Numbered from the stretch's first letter, positions 34,731 through 44,477 are shown. The stretch: DNA of 53,517 nt from a virus (IMGVR_UViG_3300036845_000533:1-53517), one strand, 5' to 3'. Notes: generated by a model not told the origin, from the letters alone. Numbers and translations are program-made.

Positions 34731-35324
34731 TCAGATAGCCTCCCGGAAGTCGACATTGAACCCGTATACTCTCTGCAGCCCGAGCGACCAGGAGCGCTTG
34801 GCATCCTTGAGACACCAGAGCCCGACGCAGTTCTGGAGAACCACCGCCGCTCCGCTGGGGATCGACTCCCGGATATTGGGCCAGATGGTCAATGCGCCGT
34901 TAGCCTCCGACGTGACGCGGTACATGCGGTATCCGATCTGAATCAGATCTCCGACCCTCAGTGCGCCGCCAGGAATGTTTAGTGTGAGGTTATACCCGCT
35001 CGCGGCGGTAGCGGCCACCGTGGGCGATCCGCTATAGCCGGACTGCGGAGCCGTGAAACGCGGGTCGCCCAACTGGAAACAACCGGTCTGACCTTGCAGA
35101 GATTCGAGGAACGCAATCCACTGCTGGGCCGGATTCCCACGCAGCGGTGGCAACTGGAAGGAACCTTCGAGCCACGAAGAGTTCCAGTTCTGAAGCTGGA
35201 GTTGCCCTGTGAAGGGCGAAACGGAGGTTGCCACCGCATCGTAAGCCGTCCAGTCGATATTGGCCGGGGCGGGAGGATAGCTCGGGAACGGAAAGATCGT
35301 ACGATTGTTGAATGTCACCGGCAT
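34731..35324 (-). CDS. Distal tail protein
   Basis: SPFTGQ.Q, IWPNIR; follows the tape measure gene. Confidence 0.75.
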   Translation of the reverse strand: MPVTFNNRTIFPFPSYPPAPANIDWTAYDAVATSVSPFTGQLQLQNWNSSWLEGSFQLPPLRGNPAQQWIAFLESLQGQTGCFQLGDPRFTAPQSGYSGSPTVAATAASGYNLTLNIPGGALRVGDLIQIGYRMYRVTSEANGALTIWPNIRESIPSGAAVVLQNCVGLWCLKDAKRSWSLGLQRVYGFNVDFREAI

Positions 35325-35332
35325 AAGATCAA

Positions 35333-38300
35333 CTACTGCGGACTGCGCTTCTGGAACTCAACCTGTACCGCCAGCGCATTGGAGACGCTGGCATTGTGTG
35401 CGGCGATGAGACCTTGCCGGGTGCGCTGCTCGGTCAGCACCGGATCGGTGCCGCGGTTGTCCTGAACGATGGTGTAATTGACGGCTCCGCCACCGCCGGA
35501 GGCTCCATTCGGGACCACGCGCCCGGGCACGGCGGGAATGAACTTCTCCGGACCGCGCTCTCCGACCGTGTAGCCCATACCGGCGTCGACGTCGCCGCCC
35601 GCCGCCATTGGCGTAAAGACGCTCGAGACGGCTTCCGTTGCGGCCCCGCCACCACTCGCGGCAAACTGACTCCCTACCGCTACGCCCGCCCCCCCAAGGC
35701 CCGCACCGATAGCGCCCCACGGCAAATTGGGAATCGTGGGAACAGGGAAGCCGATCGGAGGCGCGCCCACGGACGACTGCGGGTTGGTCGAGAAGCCGGT
35801 CTCAGCGATCTGGACCCAGAACGCTCCCTGCGGCGTCTGCCCGTCCTGCTTCCAGCTGGCCAGAATTTGCGCCGCGGACTTCTGCCCGATGCCAGGAAGA
35901 CTGCCGGCGTCGATATGGCCTGCCGGGTGTCCGTGCGCGCCGACTGGAAAGCCGGGGATGTTCGGCCAGTGCCTGTGAATCCAGGGACCGAGCTGCCCCA
36001 GAGCGTGACCGGCTTGCTGACGGATGGTGGCGCGGACCATCTCCTCGCCAATGTCCTTAAACATCTTTCCCCAGCCGGCTTTCTGCCCGGTCATCGCCTT
36101 GGTTAAGGAATCGCTGAACCTGTTGAGGCTGTCCTCGAGCGACCGGTAGATGATCTGCGCAGTCGTCTCGCCTTCGCGCTGCATCTCCAGGAAGAACGCG
36201 CGCACGCCGTCCTGAAGCCGTCCCATGGCCAGAGCCTGCTGCGCCATCGTCTGGAGCCGCTCGTCTTCGAGCTTTTTCAGGGAGAGCGTCGTCTCAAGGG
36301 TGCCTTTGCCCGCGTCCTCGATGTCATGCAGCGCGGCGATCTCTTTGTCGAGAGCTTCCAGCCGGTCCTTATACGCCATGCCGGTCGCCAGCGCGTCATG
36401 GAGGATCTGTGCCTGATGCTTACTCTCGTCGAGGGCTGCGGTGGCCGCGATGACGCCTTCCGTGTCCGGCCCGTATTGATTCCGCTGGCGCATCTGCGCA
36501 TATTTTGCGTCGAGCGTCGCTTTCCGGACGGCCTCCGCGCCCTCCATCTCCGCGGCGCTAATGGCTTCGGTCGACGAGATCTCCAGATTCAGACTGAGCA
36601 ACTCTCCCTTCAGCGCCGCAGCGTTGCGCAGCTCGTTGAGCCGGATCATATCCGCGATCTCTTCGGCGCTGGCGTGCTTGCGGAATAACTGGTAAGCCTC
36701 GTAAGCCAGCCGGATGTGCTCGATCGCCGCCGCGCCTTTACCCTGCGCATCGTAGATGGCCTGCTCCACGGAAAGCTGCTCGCGCAGTGCCGCAGTGGCT
36801 GTATTAACCTCGCCGGTGTGCGTGGCTGCCGCCTCTGCGGCCATTTCTCCGCGCACCTTCTCGACATCCGCGGCGCGCGCACCGGCTGCTCCCGGCGCGG
36901 TGTAGTCCGTTCCGAACCGCTCCATGAGACGGCCTTCGATCTTGGCTGCGGTCTCGGCGTCGTAGCCCTTGCCGATCGCGGCGTTGAGCAACTGCTGCGC
37001 GGCGGTCTTTTCGTGGATCGACCGCGTGGTGTTGTCGACCGCGGTCTTCCATTGCGCCTCGCGGTCCAGCAGGACTTTCCCTTCCGCATCGGCGCGGATG
37101 GTGGCTTCATCCTTGGCAGAAAGCGTCGCGCCAGGTCTGGTGAGCTTCAGTTCCTCCTTGGTTTTGGCGACCGCGCGATCGCCCGCCAGACGCATATCTG
37201 CGGCGAGCTTTTCCTGCGGCGTTTTGCCTGCCGTGTACAGCTGCTCGGCGGCTTTGTTCAGATCCTCCTGGCCGCTGAAGAGGGCCTTCTGGCGGATCTT
37301 CACCAGCTCTAGTTCGGCGCTGGCGGCCTTCTTCGCGGCTTCCGCTTCCGCTTCGAGCTGCTTTACGCGCCGGTTCGCCCCCGCCTCAACCGCAGAAGCG
37401 GACTCGAGGCGCATGGCTAAATCGCGCCGCTGCGTCTGCGAGAGGAGACCCGCGTCCTTACTCTCGGCAATGCCCTTGAGACGATCCCTATCCCGTCTGG
37501 CGGCGTCGTCCGCGAGCTGCTGCGCGATGATCTCGGCGCGGCCCCGTGATTCGGCGGCGAGCGCCTTCTGGCCTTCCAGAGTTTCGCGCTGGCGCAACCG
37601 GGCTGCTTCCGCCGCTGCGATCATCGCGTCCGCGGCAATCCGTCTGTTGGTGTCCTCCCAATTCGGCGGCTCAATGGTCCCTCTCTGTTCCATGCCTCCA
37701 ATGCGGGGAATACCCAGCGAGTCCACCCAGGATTTGACGGCACCGGCACCGCGTTTGGCCAGGTCATCAAACAGCGCGGCCACTTCGACGATGCGCACTT
37801 TGGCCTCTTCGGTAAAGGCGCGCAGGCTGTCCAGATTGATTCCCATGGTGAGTTCGGTGGGAATGTCCCGGATGTCTTTCCCGATTTGCAGCAAATCCTT
37901 ATGCAACTGAACCACCTGCTGGCGGGAGATTTTGTCCATCGTCAGGCCATACTCCTGGACGTTCTCGGTAGCCCGGGCGAATCCTGCATCCAGCTCCTCG
38001 AGAGCCTGCCCGGCGCTGGCGCCGAAGGTCTTGGTCGCCAGTTCGGCTTTCTCGATGGGATCCGCCATGGCATCGAACTGTCGCGCAATATTCCCTAGTT
38101 CTTCCGGGCTGGCCGAGCCCGTGGTCGCCTGCATCGCAAGGTAAAGCGAACGGATGTCTTCGAGTTTTTTCCCGCTCAGGGTGGCCGCTGCATCGATCGC
38201 CTCGACCGATTCGATGGGCGTCTTATTGGCCGCGGCGAAGATGGCCTGCTGCTCGATCAGTTTTCCGCGGGCGTTCACGAGGCGGATGGTTTCCTCGGCA

Positions 38301-38722
38301 GCGATACCCGCGGCGATCGCAGCGACGGTAAACGGAGTCGGAGACAGAGCGATGCGCAGTGCCCGGTATCCGTTGACCAGTTGATTTGTAGTGATGGCCG
38401 AAGTGCCGGCGGTGGCGGCGTACTTCGCCATCGCGTTGAGAGCGAGAGTATGCGAGGCGGCCAGCGCAGAGAGCGCTTCCGCGCCGTGCAGCGCGCCCTG
38501 CGCATACTGGCTGAGCGTGCGGCCCGTCGCATCGACATCGCCTGCCAGCCGTTTGACGCCCGTCGAAGCTGTCGCTGCGCCAATAGCGATCTGACGGCCA
38601 GCGATGAGTCCGGCAGCTCCGAACGTCCCCAGCTTCTTGGACGCCCGCTCGGTCTCGGCATCCAGCTTTGAGCTGCGCGCCTCGAAGTCTACCGTGATGA
38701 TCCCAGCGCGCCGCGTTGCCAT
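35333..38722 (-). CDS. Tape measure protein
   Basis: 1129 aa Ala-rich helical protein; C-terminal AAGG.V...YTVGERGPE.F.P. Confidence 0.9.
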   Translation of the reverse strand: MATRRAGIITVDFEARSSKLDAETERASKKLGTFGAAGLIAGRQIAIGAATASTGVKRLAGDVDATGRTLSQYAQGALHGAEALSALAASHTLALNAMAKYAATAGTSAITTNQLVNGYRALRIALSPTPFTVAAIAAGIAAEETIRLVNARGKLIEQQAIFAAANKTPIESVEAIDAAATLSGKKLEDIRSLYLAMQATTGSASPEELGNIARQFDAMADPIEKAELATKTFGASAGQALEELDAGFARATENVQEYGLTMDKISRQQVVQLHKDLLQIGKDIRDIPTELTMGINLDSLRAFTEEAKVRIVEVAALFDDLAKRGAGAVKSWVDSLGIPRIGGMEQRGTIEPPNWEDTNRRIAADAMIAAAEAARLRQRETLEGQKALAAESRGRAEIIAQQLADDAARRDRDRLKGIAESKDAGLLSQTQRRDLAMRLESASAVEAGANRRVKQLEAEAEAAKKAASAELELVKIRQKALFSGQEDLNKAAEQLYTAGKTPQEKLAADMRLAGDRAVAKTKEELKLTRPGATLSAKDEATIRADAEGKVLLDREAQWKTAVDNTTRSIHEKTAAQQLLNAAIGKGYDAETAAKIEGRLMERFGTDYTAPGAAGARAADVEKVRGEMAAEAAATHTGEVNTATAALREQLSVEQAIYDAQGKGAAAIEHIRLAYEAYQLFRKHASAEEIADMIRLNELRNAAALKGELLSLNLEISSTEAISAAEMEGAEAVRKATLDAKYAQMRQRNQYGPDTEGVIAATAALDESKHQAQILHDALATGMAYKDRLEALDKEIAALHDIEDAGKGTLETTLSLKKLEDERLQTMAQQALAMGRLQDGVRAFFLEMQREGETTAQIIYRSLEDSLNRFSDSLTKAMTGQKAGWGKMFKDIGEEMVRATIRQQAGHALGQLGPWIHRHWPNIPGFPVGAHGHPAGHIDAGSLPGIGQKSAAQILASWKQDGQTPQGAFWVQIAETGFSTNPQSSVGAPPIGFPVPTIPNLPWGAIGAGLGGAGVAVGSQFAASGGGAATEAVSSVFTPMAAGGDVDAGMGYTVGERGPEKFIPAVPGRVVPNGASGGGGAVNYTIVQDNRGTDPVLTEQRTRQGLIAAHNASVSNALAVQVEFQKRSPQ

Positions 38723-38726
38723 ATAG

Positions 38727-39170
38727 TTATGTCCGCATCACGCGAACGCCGATCACTTCTGCAAAGGCGTCAATGGCGCGATCCGCACAGGACTCCGCGG
38801 AGCGGCGCATGAATGGATTGGGCATCGTCTTCTTGCCGGAATCCACTCCGCGGTGGCTAACGATGCGATGGCCGTACTCCAGCCAGAGCGCCACCGGACC
38901 GGCATTCCCGTAGCCGGTGGATGCGACGGCGAACCTGTGGTCCTGGCTCACCGCGATGTCGGTTATCAGCGACGCGGCCAGCGGAGGAAAGCGCGACTTC
39001 CCGATTTCTCTTTCCTCCTTGCGCCGCGGAGTGTTGTTCAGCAGTTCCTGCTGGATCACAGCTCCCGCCGCAATAGTGGCAGGCTCAAGACCCTTCGCGA
39101 TGTCGGACGGCACGGCGCGGACCATCTGCTGCGTCTCGACCAGACCGGTAATGCGGAGTTCGTCGCCCAT
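38727..39170 (-). CDS. HK97 gp10-like tail completion protein
   Basis: ITGL.E, WLEYGH, PNPFMR. Confidence 0.8.
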   Translation of the reverse strand: MGDELRITGLVETQQMVRAVPSDIAKGLEPATIAAGAVIQQELLNNTPRRKEEREIGKSRFPPLAASLITDIAVSQDHRFAVASTGYGNAGPVALWLEYGHRIVSHRGVDSGKKTMPNPFMRRSAESCADRAIDAFAEVIGVRVMRT

Positions 39171-39175
39171 GGGTC

Positions 39176-39649
39176 CTATTGCGCCGGGACGGCATCTGCC
39201 AGTGCGGACGGAATCGGCACGTTGAGCTTCGACAGCATCTCCACCAGGGCCATCGGACGCTCCACCGCCATCTGCTCGATCGCCGCGAACGTCGCGTCGT
39301 CGCCGGTGGGCTTGGCCGCTTCGCGAATGGAGACGCCGCAGCACGCTGCGACTGCCCGAAAGACCTCAATCACGTCCTTAGTGATCAGATCGCCCGCGTG
39401 TTTCAGGCCCACCTTCGGATCCGCGGCGGGGTGCTCGGTATTCGACAAAGCGTACAAGAGGCCGCGCAACTGCGCGGCGTTCATCAGGGAAGGCGTGAAT
39501 ACCGCGCTCAGAAGATTGAATCCGCAAACGGCTTCCGCGTCGGCGATCTCGTTGAAGTCATAGACCAGCGTGAATGTGACGTTGGGCGTGTCCTCGAAGG
39601 AAAACTCCACCCGGGTTTTGCCGCCATCCTCGTCGTGAATTGTTTTCAT
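39176..39649 (-). CDS. Tail assembly chaperone (gpG-like)
   Basis: FTLVYDFNEIADAE...GFNLL...LRGLLYAL. Confidence 0.65.
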   Translation of the reverse strand: MKTIHDEDGGKTRVEFSFEDTPNVTFTLVYDFNEIADAEAVCGFNLLSAVFTPSLMNAAQLRGLLYALSNTEHPAADPKVGLKHAGDLITKDVIEVFRAVAACCGVSIREAAKPTGDDATFAAIEQMAVERPMALVEMLSKLNVPIPSALADAVPAQ

Positions 39650-40326
39650 TGCTTCAAAGCTCCAATGCTGGTAAAGACCTGCTTGATGCGTTCTCCGGTA
39701 AGCGGCTGTTCTTCGGGCGTGAGCCGCTCATCCGGGTGCAACATGAAGCGGTCCATCGAGACGCTCCGTTCAGGCGCGCGGTAGGAGAAGTTCACCAGGT
39801 GCGCCGTCAGATTCGCCATCATCATCTCGAGCGGGCGCTGGCTCTCGATCCGGGCTTCCTGAAGCGCGTCGAATTGTCGGCGCGTCATGTCCAGCCAGTC
39901 TTCGTCGCTCAGACGGAACCGGATGCGCGCGGTCGCCCAGATCTCGACCCAGGTTTGAATTTTCGCGGGCCGTTCCGGTTGGTTATCCTTCGGCCGGCGG
40001 GCTTTCGTCTCCCTGGGCACAGGATCCGGCATAGAGGCCACAAAGGCATCGGCGAGTTTCCTGCGGATCGCGGGCAGGTTCTTCCGGCCGATCTGGGCTC
40101 CGATCTCGACGGCGGTCATCTGGCTGCCGGCCCGCGAGAGGCAGCCGTGAAGCAGCGTACGAATCAGCAGGGCGGAAAGAGTCCACGGCCGGATCGTATT
40201 GAGCATGTCGATCCCCGTCGCGACATGACAATCCAGCAGGACCCCGTAGGTGATCACCAGGGGCCACTTCTTACCGGCAAGTTCGACCTCAACCCGCCGG
40301 TGAAGTTTTTGGGCAAGCCCGCTCAT
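39646..40326 (-). CDS. Tail assembly chaperone (gpGT-like fused form)
   Basis: VELAGKKWPL N-terminal domain plus W..A...LS.EDW.DMT.RQF.AL C-terminal domain. Confidence 0.65.
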   Translation of the reverse strand: MSGLAQKLHRRVEVELAGKKWPLVITYGVLLDCHVATGIDMLNTIRPWTLSALLIRTLLHGCLSRAGSQMTAVEIGAQIGRKNLPAIRRKLADAFVASMPDPVPRETKARRPKDNQPERPAKIQTWVEIWATARIRFRLSDEDWLDMTRRQFDALQEARIESQRPLEMMMANLTAHLVNFSYRAPERSVSMDRFMLHPDERLTPEEQPLTGERIKQVFTSIGALKQ

Positions 40327-40339
40327 GCGGTCGAGGACC

Positions 40340-40804
40340 CTAAACGACCGTTTCGGTGATCGCGCCGGAAATCTGGAGTTCCGTCGAGAACTCGATGGGC
40401 TTATTCAGCTCAAACGGGCCGGGATCATACTTGGTGATGTATCCGGTGCCGGTGATGGTGTACGTTTTCGTTCCGCGCAAAATGGACGAGACGATCTGCC
40501 ACGGAATGAAAGCCTGACTCTGGGCCATGGTCAGAAACTGGAGATGTGTAATGTCGCCGGTATGCTGCCCGGTGATCTTGATGGTGCCGGGTTTGATCAT
40601 GCCGGGAATGAATTCTTCCGTGTTGTTGATCGAAAGCAGATGGCTCGTGGCGACCTGCGGCACATCGAGAAGCGTGGCCGTGATCGATTTGACTTCGACC
40701 ACGTTGGTGAAAACGGGCGGACTCGCGGTGGTTCCGATGGCAAACGTGGCGAGATAGCCAGTGGTGGCTTTCGAAGCATAGGTAGCGGGCGGTGCAAACG
40801 GCAT
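40340..40804 (-). CDS. Major tail tube protein
   Basis: EVKSI, TSHL.S....EFIPGM.KPG, GYIT, LQISG. Confidence 0.85.
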   Translation of the reverse strand: MPFAPPATYASKATTGYLATFAIGTTASPPVFTNVVEVKSITATLLDVPQVATSHLLSINNTEEFIPGMIKPGTIKITGQHTGDITHLQFLTMAQSQAFIPWQIVSSILRGTKTYTITGTGYITKYDPGPFELNKPIEFSTELQISGAITETVV

Positions 40805-40806
40805 GT

Positions 40807-41229
40807 TCAGACTCCTTGAATCGGACGTTGAGAGGGGAGAGGAAAGGTCGGGTAATAGTTCACATAGAACTCAATCAGCCGGCGGTAGTTGCGTGCTGCG
40901 GGATCTTGCTCGAAATCAATCATGTCGGACGGGAAGATGCTGTCTACCTGCGTCGCGTCGGGATCGGTCAGTATTCCCCGGTAACCCATCAGGACCGCGG
41001 AAATGCGGTCGGCCAGGTCGAAAGCGGTGGCCTGAGTCGTACCGAAGCAGTTGAACTCCATGCGGCGCTGCGCCATACCTCCCGGAACCTGCAAGCCGGC
41101 GATGGTGCGTTCGTGAATCGTGAGAAATGTATAATTTGGCAGGGTCGCGTTCGAAGGCAGTTGATTGGCAAAGCCGCCGATGAAGTTCAGCGACGTGTTG
41201 ATCAGCATGACCAGCCCTTGTTCGAGCAT
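40807..41229 (-). CDS. Tail terminator (DUF3168-like)
   Basis: MLEQGL...QLP...TLP..T; position before the tail tube gene. Confidence 0.75.
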   Translation of the reverse strand: MLEQGLVMLINTSLNFIGGFANQLPSNATLPNYTFLTIHERTIAGLQVPGGMAQRRMEFNCFGTTQATAFDLADRISAVLMGYRGILTDPDATQVDSIFPSDMIDFEQDPAARNYRRLIEFYVNYYPTFPLPSQRPIQGV

Positions 41230-41235
41230 TCGCGA

Positions 41236-41931
41236 CTAACTAAGCGGCGCGAGCTTCAATGGACCCGCGTGAAGAAAAGTGGAGTCAGCCGGAAAGCTGT
41301 CTCCGATAACCATATGGCGGTAGCCATCCTCCAGGGTGTTGCCGGGGTCCTGGCGGTTGTACCACTCGAATTTGCGCACGCGGTCGTCGCGGTACATGTA
41401 CCCGAAGTGCAGGAGCTGCGCGTCGAGCCGCCGCGCGACACTCTGCAGGGGGATAGGCGCGTTGCCGCAATGAAACCCGCCGCGAGCCCGCGCCATGAAC
41501 GGAGAGCCATCTGGCCGGAACATGCTGGGGCGCGAGAAATGGCCGTATATGCCGTCCAGGCGGATCTGGTTTTCCGAGTCCCACAGATAAAGAATCTGGA
41601 ACGAGTAGCAGCCCCTCGGACTTCGCATGGCAGCCAGCACAGCCGGCACCGACGAGGGCGCCAGCATCTCATCTCCGTCGATCATCAGGACCCACTCGTC
41701 GCCATCGCATTCGCCCAGCAACCAGTTCTTGTCGCGCGTCTCGTCGAGCCCCTCGAAGGGAGAAGCCAGCACCTCGACGCGGGGAATCGCCGCGCAGATC
41801 TCCGGCGTGCCATCGGTCGAGTGATCGTCCATCACGAGGACGCGATCGCACACCGGCAGGATCGACCGCACCGAGCGGGCGATCCAGCGGGCTTCGTTCT
41901 TTACCCTGAGAAGCCCGATCATGTCAGACAC
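41236..41931 (-). CDS. Glycosyltransferase, GT2/GT-A fold (5 of 5)
   Basis: VKNEARWI, DDHSTDGT, IDGDE, LLHFGY. Confidence 0.9.
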   Translation of the reverse strand: MSDMIGLLRVKNEARWIARSVRSILPVCDRVLVMDDHSTDGTPEICAAIPRVEVLASPFEGLDETRDKNWLLGECDGDEWVLMIDGDEMLAPSSVPAVLAAMRSPRGCYSFQILYLWDSENQIRLDGIYGHFSRPSMFRPDGSPFMARARGGFHCGNAPIPLQSVARRLDAQLLHFGYMYRDDRVRKFEWYNRQDPGNTLEDGYRHMVIGDSFPADSTFLHAGPLKLAPLS

Positions 41932-42544
41932 ACTGGAATGGAACCCCGGACCATTTCCGCTTCAGCCGTTGCCGGTAGATGCGGTTCTGAGCCTGCCACG
42001 AAGAATCAAATGTGCTCAAGCCGCTATGCGTCGCTTCCGCGGGCGGGACCACCACCGGGATCCCCCGCGCGTGCGCCTCGAGGCAAAGGTCTTCGACATG
42101 ACAATGAAACCCGTCGAAAGTCTGCTCATCAAAGCGCAGACCGGAATCCCGCCGGAAGAACACGGAACAGGAATCGAGCGTCGAGACGGGACCCGGCACG
42201 TCTTCAATGGCGCCATCAGACTGGACCTGCAACTCCGTGTTATGGCACCAGCGGTAATGCCGGTCCAGATCAATCCCGACGATGCCCGTCACGAAGCCAT
42301 TGGCGGCCATCGCCGTAAAGGTTTCGAGGGCGCCGGCGCCCAGATAGACATCGGCATGCAGCAGGCCGAATACGGGAGTTGCCGCCGCATCGAGAAAGCG
42401 ATTGCCGATCGCAGCGAGCGATTCGCCGTGCGCGTTCACCACCCGCGCAACGACCATCGCCATCCGGGTGTGAAGCGTTGAGAAGGCGCATGACTGCTCA
42501 ACATCCTTGCTCACGACGGCGATGGTCAGTTGCGGCGTCTGCAT
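41924..42544 (-). CDS. Glycosyltransferase-like, GT-A fold (4 of 5)
   Basis: LHADVYL, TLD, FDE..FDGFH..VEDLCL.A. Confidence 0.75.
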   Translation of the reverse strand: MQTPQLTIAVVSKDVEQSCAFSTLHTRMAMVVARVVNAHGESLAAIGNRFLDAAATPVFGLLHADVYLGAGALETFTAMAANGFVTGIVGIDLDRHYRWCHNTELQVQSDGAIEDVPGPVSTLDSCSVFFRRDSGLRFDEQTFDGFHCHVEDLCLEAHARGIPVVVPPAEATHSGLSTFDSSWQAQNRIYRQRLKRKWSGVPFQCV

Positions 42545-42545
42545 T

Positions 42546-43103
42546 TTAGTTGTGGATGAAAAGTACCCCTGGCACCTTGGCATGCCTGACGCCTGCCGCA
42601 ATAAGATCGTCGATCAGAAAGTGATCGGCCATCCGCAACCCGTCCGGCCGCTCCCACGGAAAGGGCTGGAAGCACTCGCGTTTGACCAGAAAGCCGCCCT
42701 TGTCGATATCGAGGCCAGGCTCGACCCGGATCGGCGCATAGACGCCGGTGAGCCGCGGATCGTAGAGCATGTCGCAATACGTCAGATCGGCTTTCGGCTC
42801 GAGCATCAACTCGAGGAAGCGCGGCACGTAGTAACCGTCGTCCGAGGGAAAGCAGAGATACTCGCCCATGGCATGTTTCGCGCCCAGATTGGAGGATTCG
42901 TAGCAGTTACTCTTCCGCGCCGCAATGTACTGGAAGCGGTGGTCATACATATCGTTCAGCCTCTCCAGGTTTCCCCACTCGCGGTCCCCGTTATCGACCA
43001 CGATCACGTCGAAACCCGGCTCGGTCTGCACCTTGAGCGACCACAGCAGGCAGGCCAGCGCGTCGGGACGGTCGTAGGCGGAGACGATGAAGCTACACTT
43101 CAT
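42546..43103 (-). CDS. Glycosyltransferase, GT2 (3 of 5)
   Basis: SFIVSAYDRP, VIVVDNG, NLGAKHA.GEYLCFPSDDGYY. Confidence 0.9.
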   Translation of the reverse strand: MKCSFIVSAYDRPDALACLLWSLKVQTEPGFDVIVVDNGDREWGNLERLNDMYDHRFQYIAARKSNCYESSNLGAKHAMGEYLCFPSDDGYYVPRFLELMLEPKADLTYCDMLYDPRLTGVYAPIRVEPGLDIDKGGFLVKRECFQPFPWERPDGLRMADHFLIDDLIAAGVRHAKVPGVLFIHN

Positions 43104-43804
43104 CCGGCAGCCTCCCATTTCGCCTGATAGATCCTGCGGCCCGGCTCAATCGACAGCGGCTGGTATTCCCCTTTGTAATGCCGGAAGGTCGAAGGCAGCA
43201 TGGCGTGATCGACAAAGCAATGATCGTAGATGCCCACGTCGAGACCGGCCAACCGCACCCGACGGCAGTAGTCATTGTCTTCCCAACCGTAAATCGGAGC
43301 GCCCGTCTCGTCGGACCCGCCAAAGCGTTCATCGAGGAGACCCACCAGATCGATCGTCCTCCGCGGAATCAGGACAGCTATGAAGCACACCATTTCATCG
43401 GCGCGCAGTCCGATCCCGCGCGGATTCTGATTCACATTCCCGGCGTTGTTCGCAGCCGCGGCGATGAGGCCATAATTGCTGTGCTCTGCGGCGAGACTCT
43501 GCAGCGTCGAGAAGCCGAAGGGCGTCTGGAGCAGCGCGTCGTCATTCAGTAGAACCACATCGCGCGCCGCCGCTGCCTGGATGCCCAGATTACAGTTCCT
43601 CGCGAAGACGAAGGGCGCGACGCCCGCAAGGATTGTCGAGTGGTCGACAATGTACTGCCGGAACTCGCCCTTCACTCCGAAGTCGATGCCGTCGTCGATC
43701 ACAATAATCTCCACACCCGGATCGTAGTGATGCACGTTGATAACGCACGCCATGAGATTCCGGAGACTGCGGCTCGGGATGACAACCGTGACGGAGGATT
43801 TCAT
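43100..43804 (-). CDS. Glycosyltransferase, GT2 (2 of 5)
   Basis: VTVVIP, IIVIDDG, FARNCNLG, LLNDD, GLLDERF, EDNDYCRR. Confidence 0.92.
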   Translation of the reverse strand: MKSSVTVVIPSRSLRNLMACVINVHHYDPGVEIIVIDDGIDFGVKGEFRQYIVDHSTILAGVAPFVFARNCNLGIQAAAARDVVLLNDDALLQTPFGFSTLQSLAAEHSNYGLIAAAANNAGNVNQNPRGIGLRADEMVCFIAVLIPRRTIDLVGLLDERFGGSDETGAPIYGWEDNDYCRRVRLAGLDVGIYDHCFVDHAMLPSTFRHYKGEYQPLSIEPGRRIYQAKWEAAG

Positions 43805-44472
43805 GCGGCTCCGATGGCATGTAGAGAGTGCCGCCGCCACGCGTAGGAAGGCGGATCACAGGGTGCCCAGTTGCCGCTCTCCTCTACCGCGCGCGGACTG
43901 GTGTTGCCGGGATGTATGGTCGCGTGCATCAGATCGATGCGCTGCGAGATCGCCAGCACTTTGGCTTGTCCCGCCACCAAAGTGAAGGCCAGATCCTCAT
44001 GGATGTGCTGGTCTTCGAAGGGATGCTCGAGCGCCCAGCTGCGCCGGTACGCAAGCGAGGTTCCCAGGCACAGCGCCGCGTTGCCCGAGTACAGATGCCA
44101 GCGTTCGCCGTCGGTGAAGCGCATAGACCGATAGCCCGTCACCATAGCCGGCGAATGGCTCAGGATCTCGGTCTGATCGCGCATCCGTCCCGGTTCGGAG
44201 TGATCGTCGTCGTCCCATGTGGCGATAATTTCGCCCTGCGCCATCCGGACGCCGATATTCCGCTTCGCGCCGATGGTAAACCCTTCAGCCACATGGACAT
44301 GCCGGACCCTGGATGTGTCCCTGGGGATCAGATCCGAGACATCGTCGCCATCGGCAAGGATCAGCATTTCCCGCGGCTCATAGTCCTGGCGCAGGAAACA
44401 CGCGATCGACTGCGGAAGCCAGTTGCGCCGATTGCGGGTCAGGCAGAGAGCGGTCACCAGAGGGCGTTGCAT
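43801..44472 (-). CDS. Glycosyltransferase, GT2 (1 of 5)
   Basis: PLVT.LC.T.NR, QDY, IGAKRN, GEIIATWDDDD, ED. Confidence 0.92.
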   Translation of the reverse strand: MQRPLVTALCLTRNRRNWLPQSIACFLRQDYEPREMLILADGDDVSDLIPRDTSRVRHVHVAEGFTIGAKRNIGVRMAQGEIIATWDDDDHSEPGRMRDQTEILSHSPAMVTGYRSMRFTDGERWHLYSGNAALCLGTSLAYRRSWALEHPFEDQHIHEDLAFTLVAGQAKVLAISQRIDLMHATIHPGNTSPRAVEESGNWAPCDPPSYAWRRHSLHAIGAA

Positions 44473-44477
44473 ACGGT

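Noticed and set aside
40792-42318. Long plus-strand ORFs (also 31247-32923, 44313-45593, 29657-30670, 36969-37910, 49791-50723)
   Set aside because: They are antisense shadows of well-supported minus-strand genes, common in high-GC DNA, and carry no motifs.
41236-44472. GT cluster as a Gtr-type serotype conversion or DNA glucosylation locus
   Set aside because: No GtrA flippase or membrane transferase, no separate lysogenic promoter and no modified-base synthesis genes. Disfavoured but not disproven.
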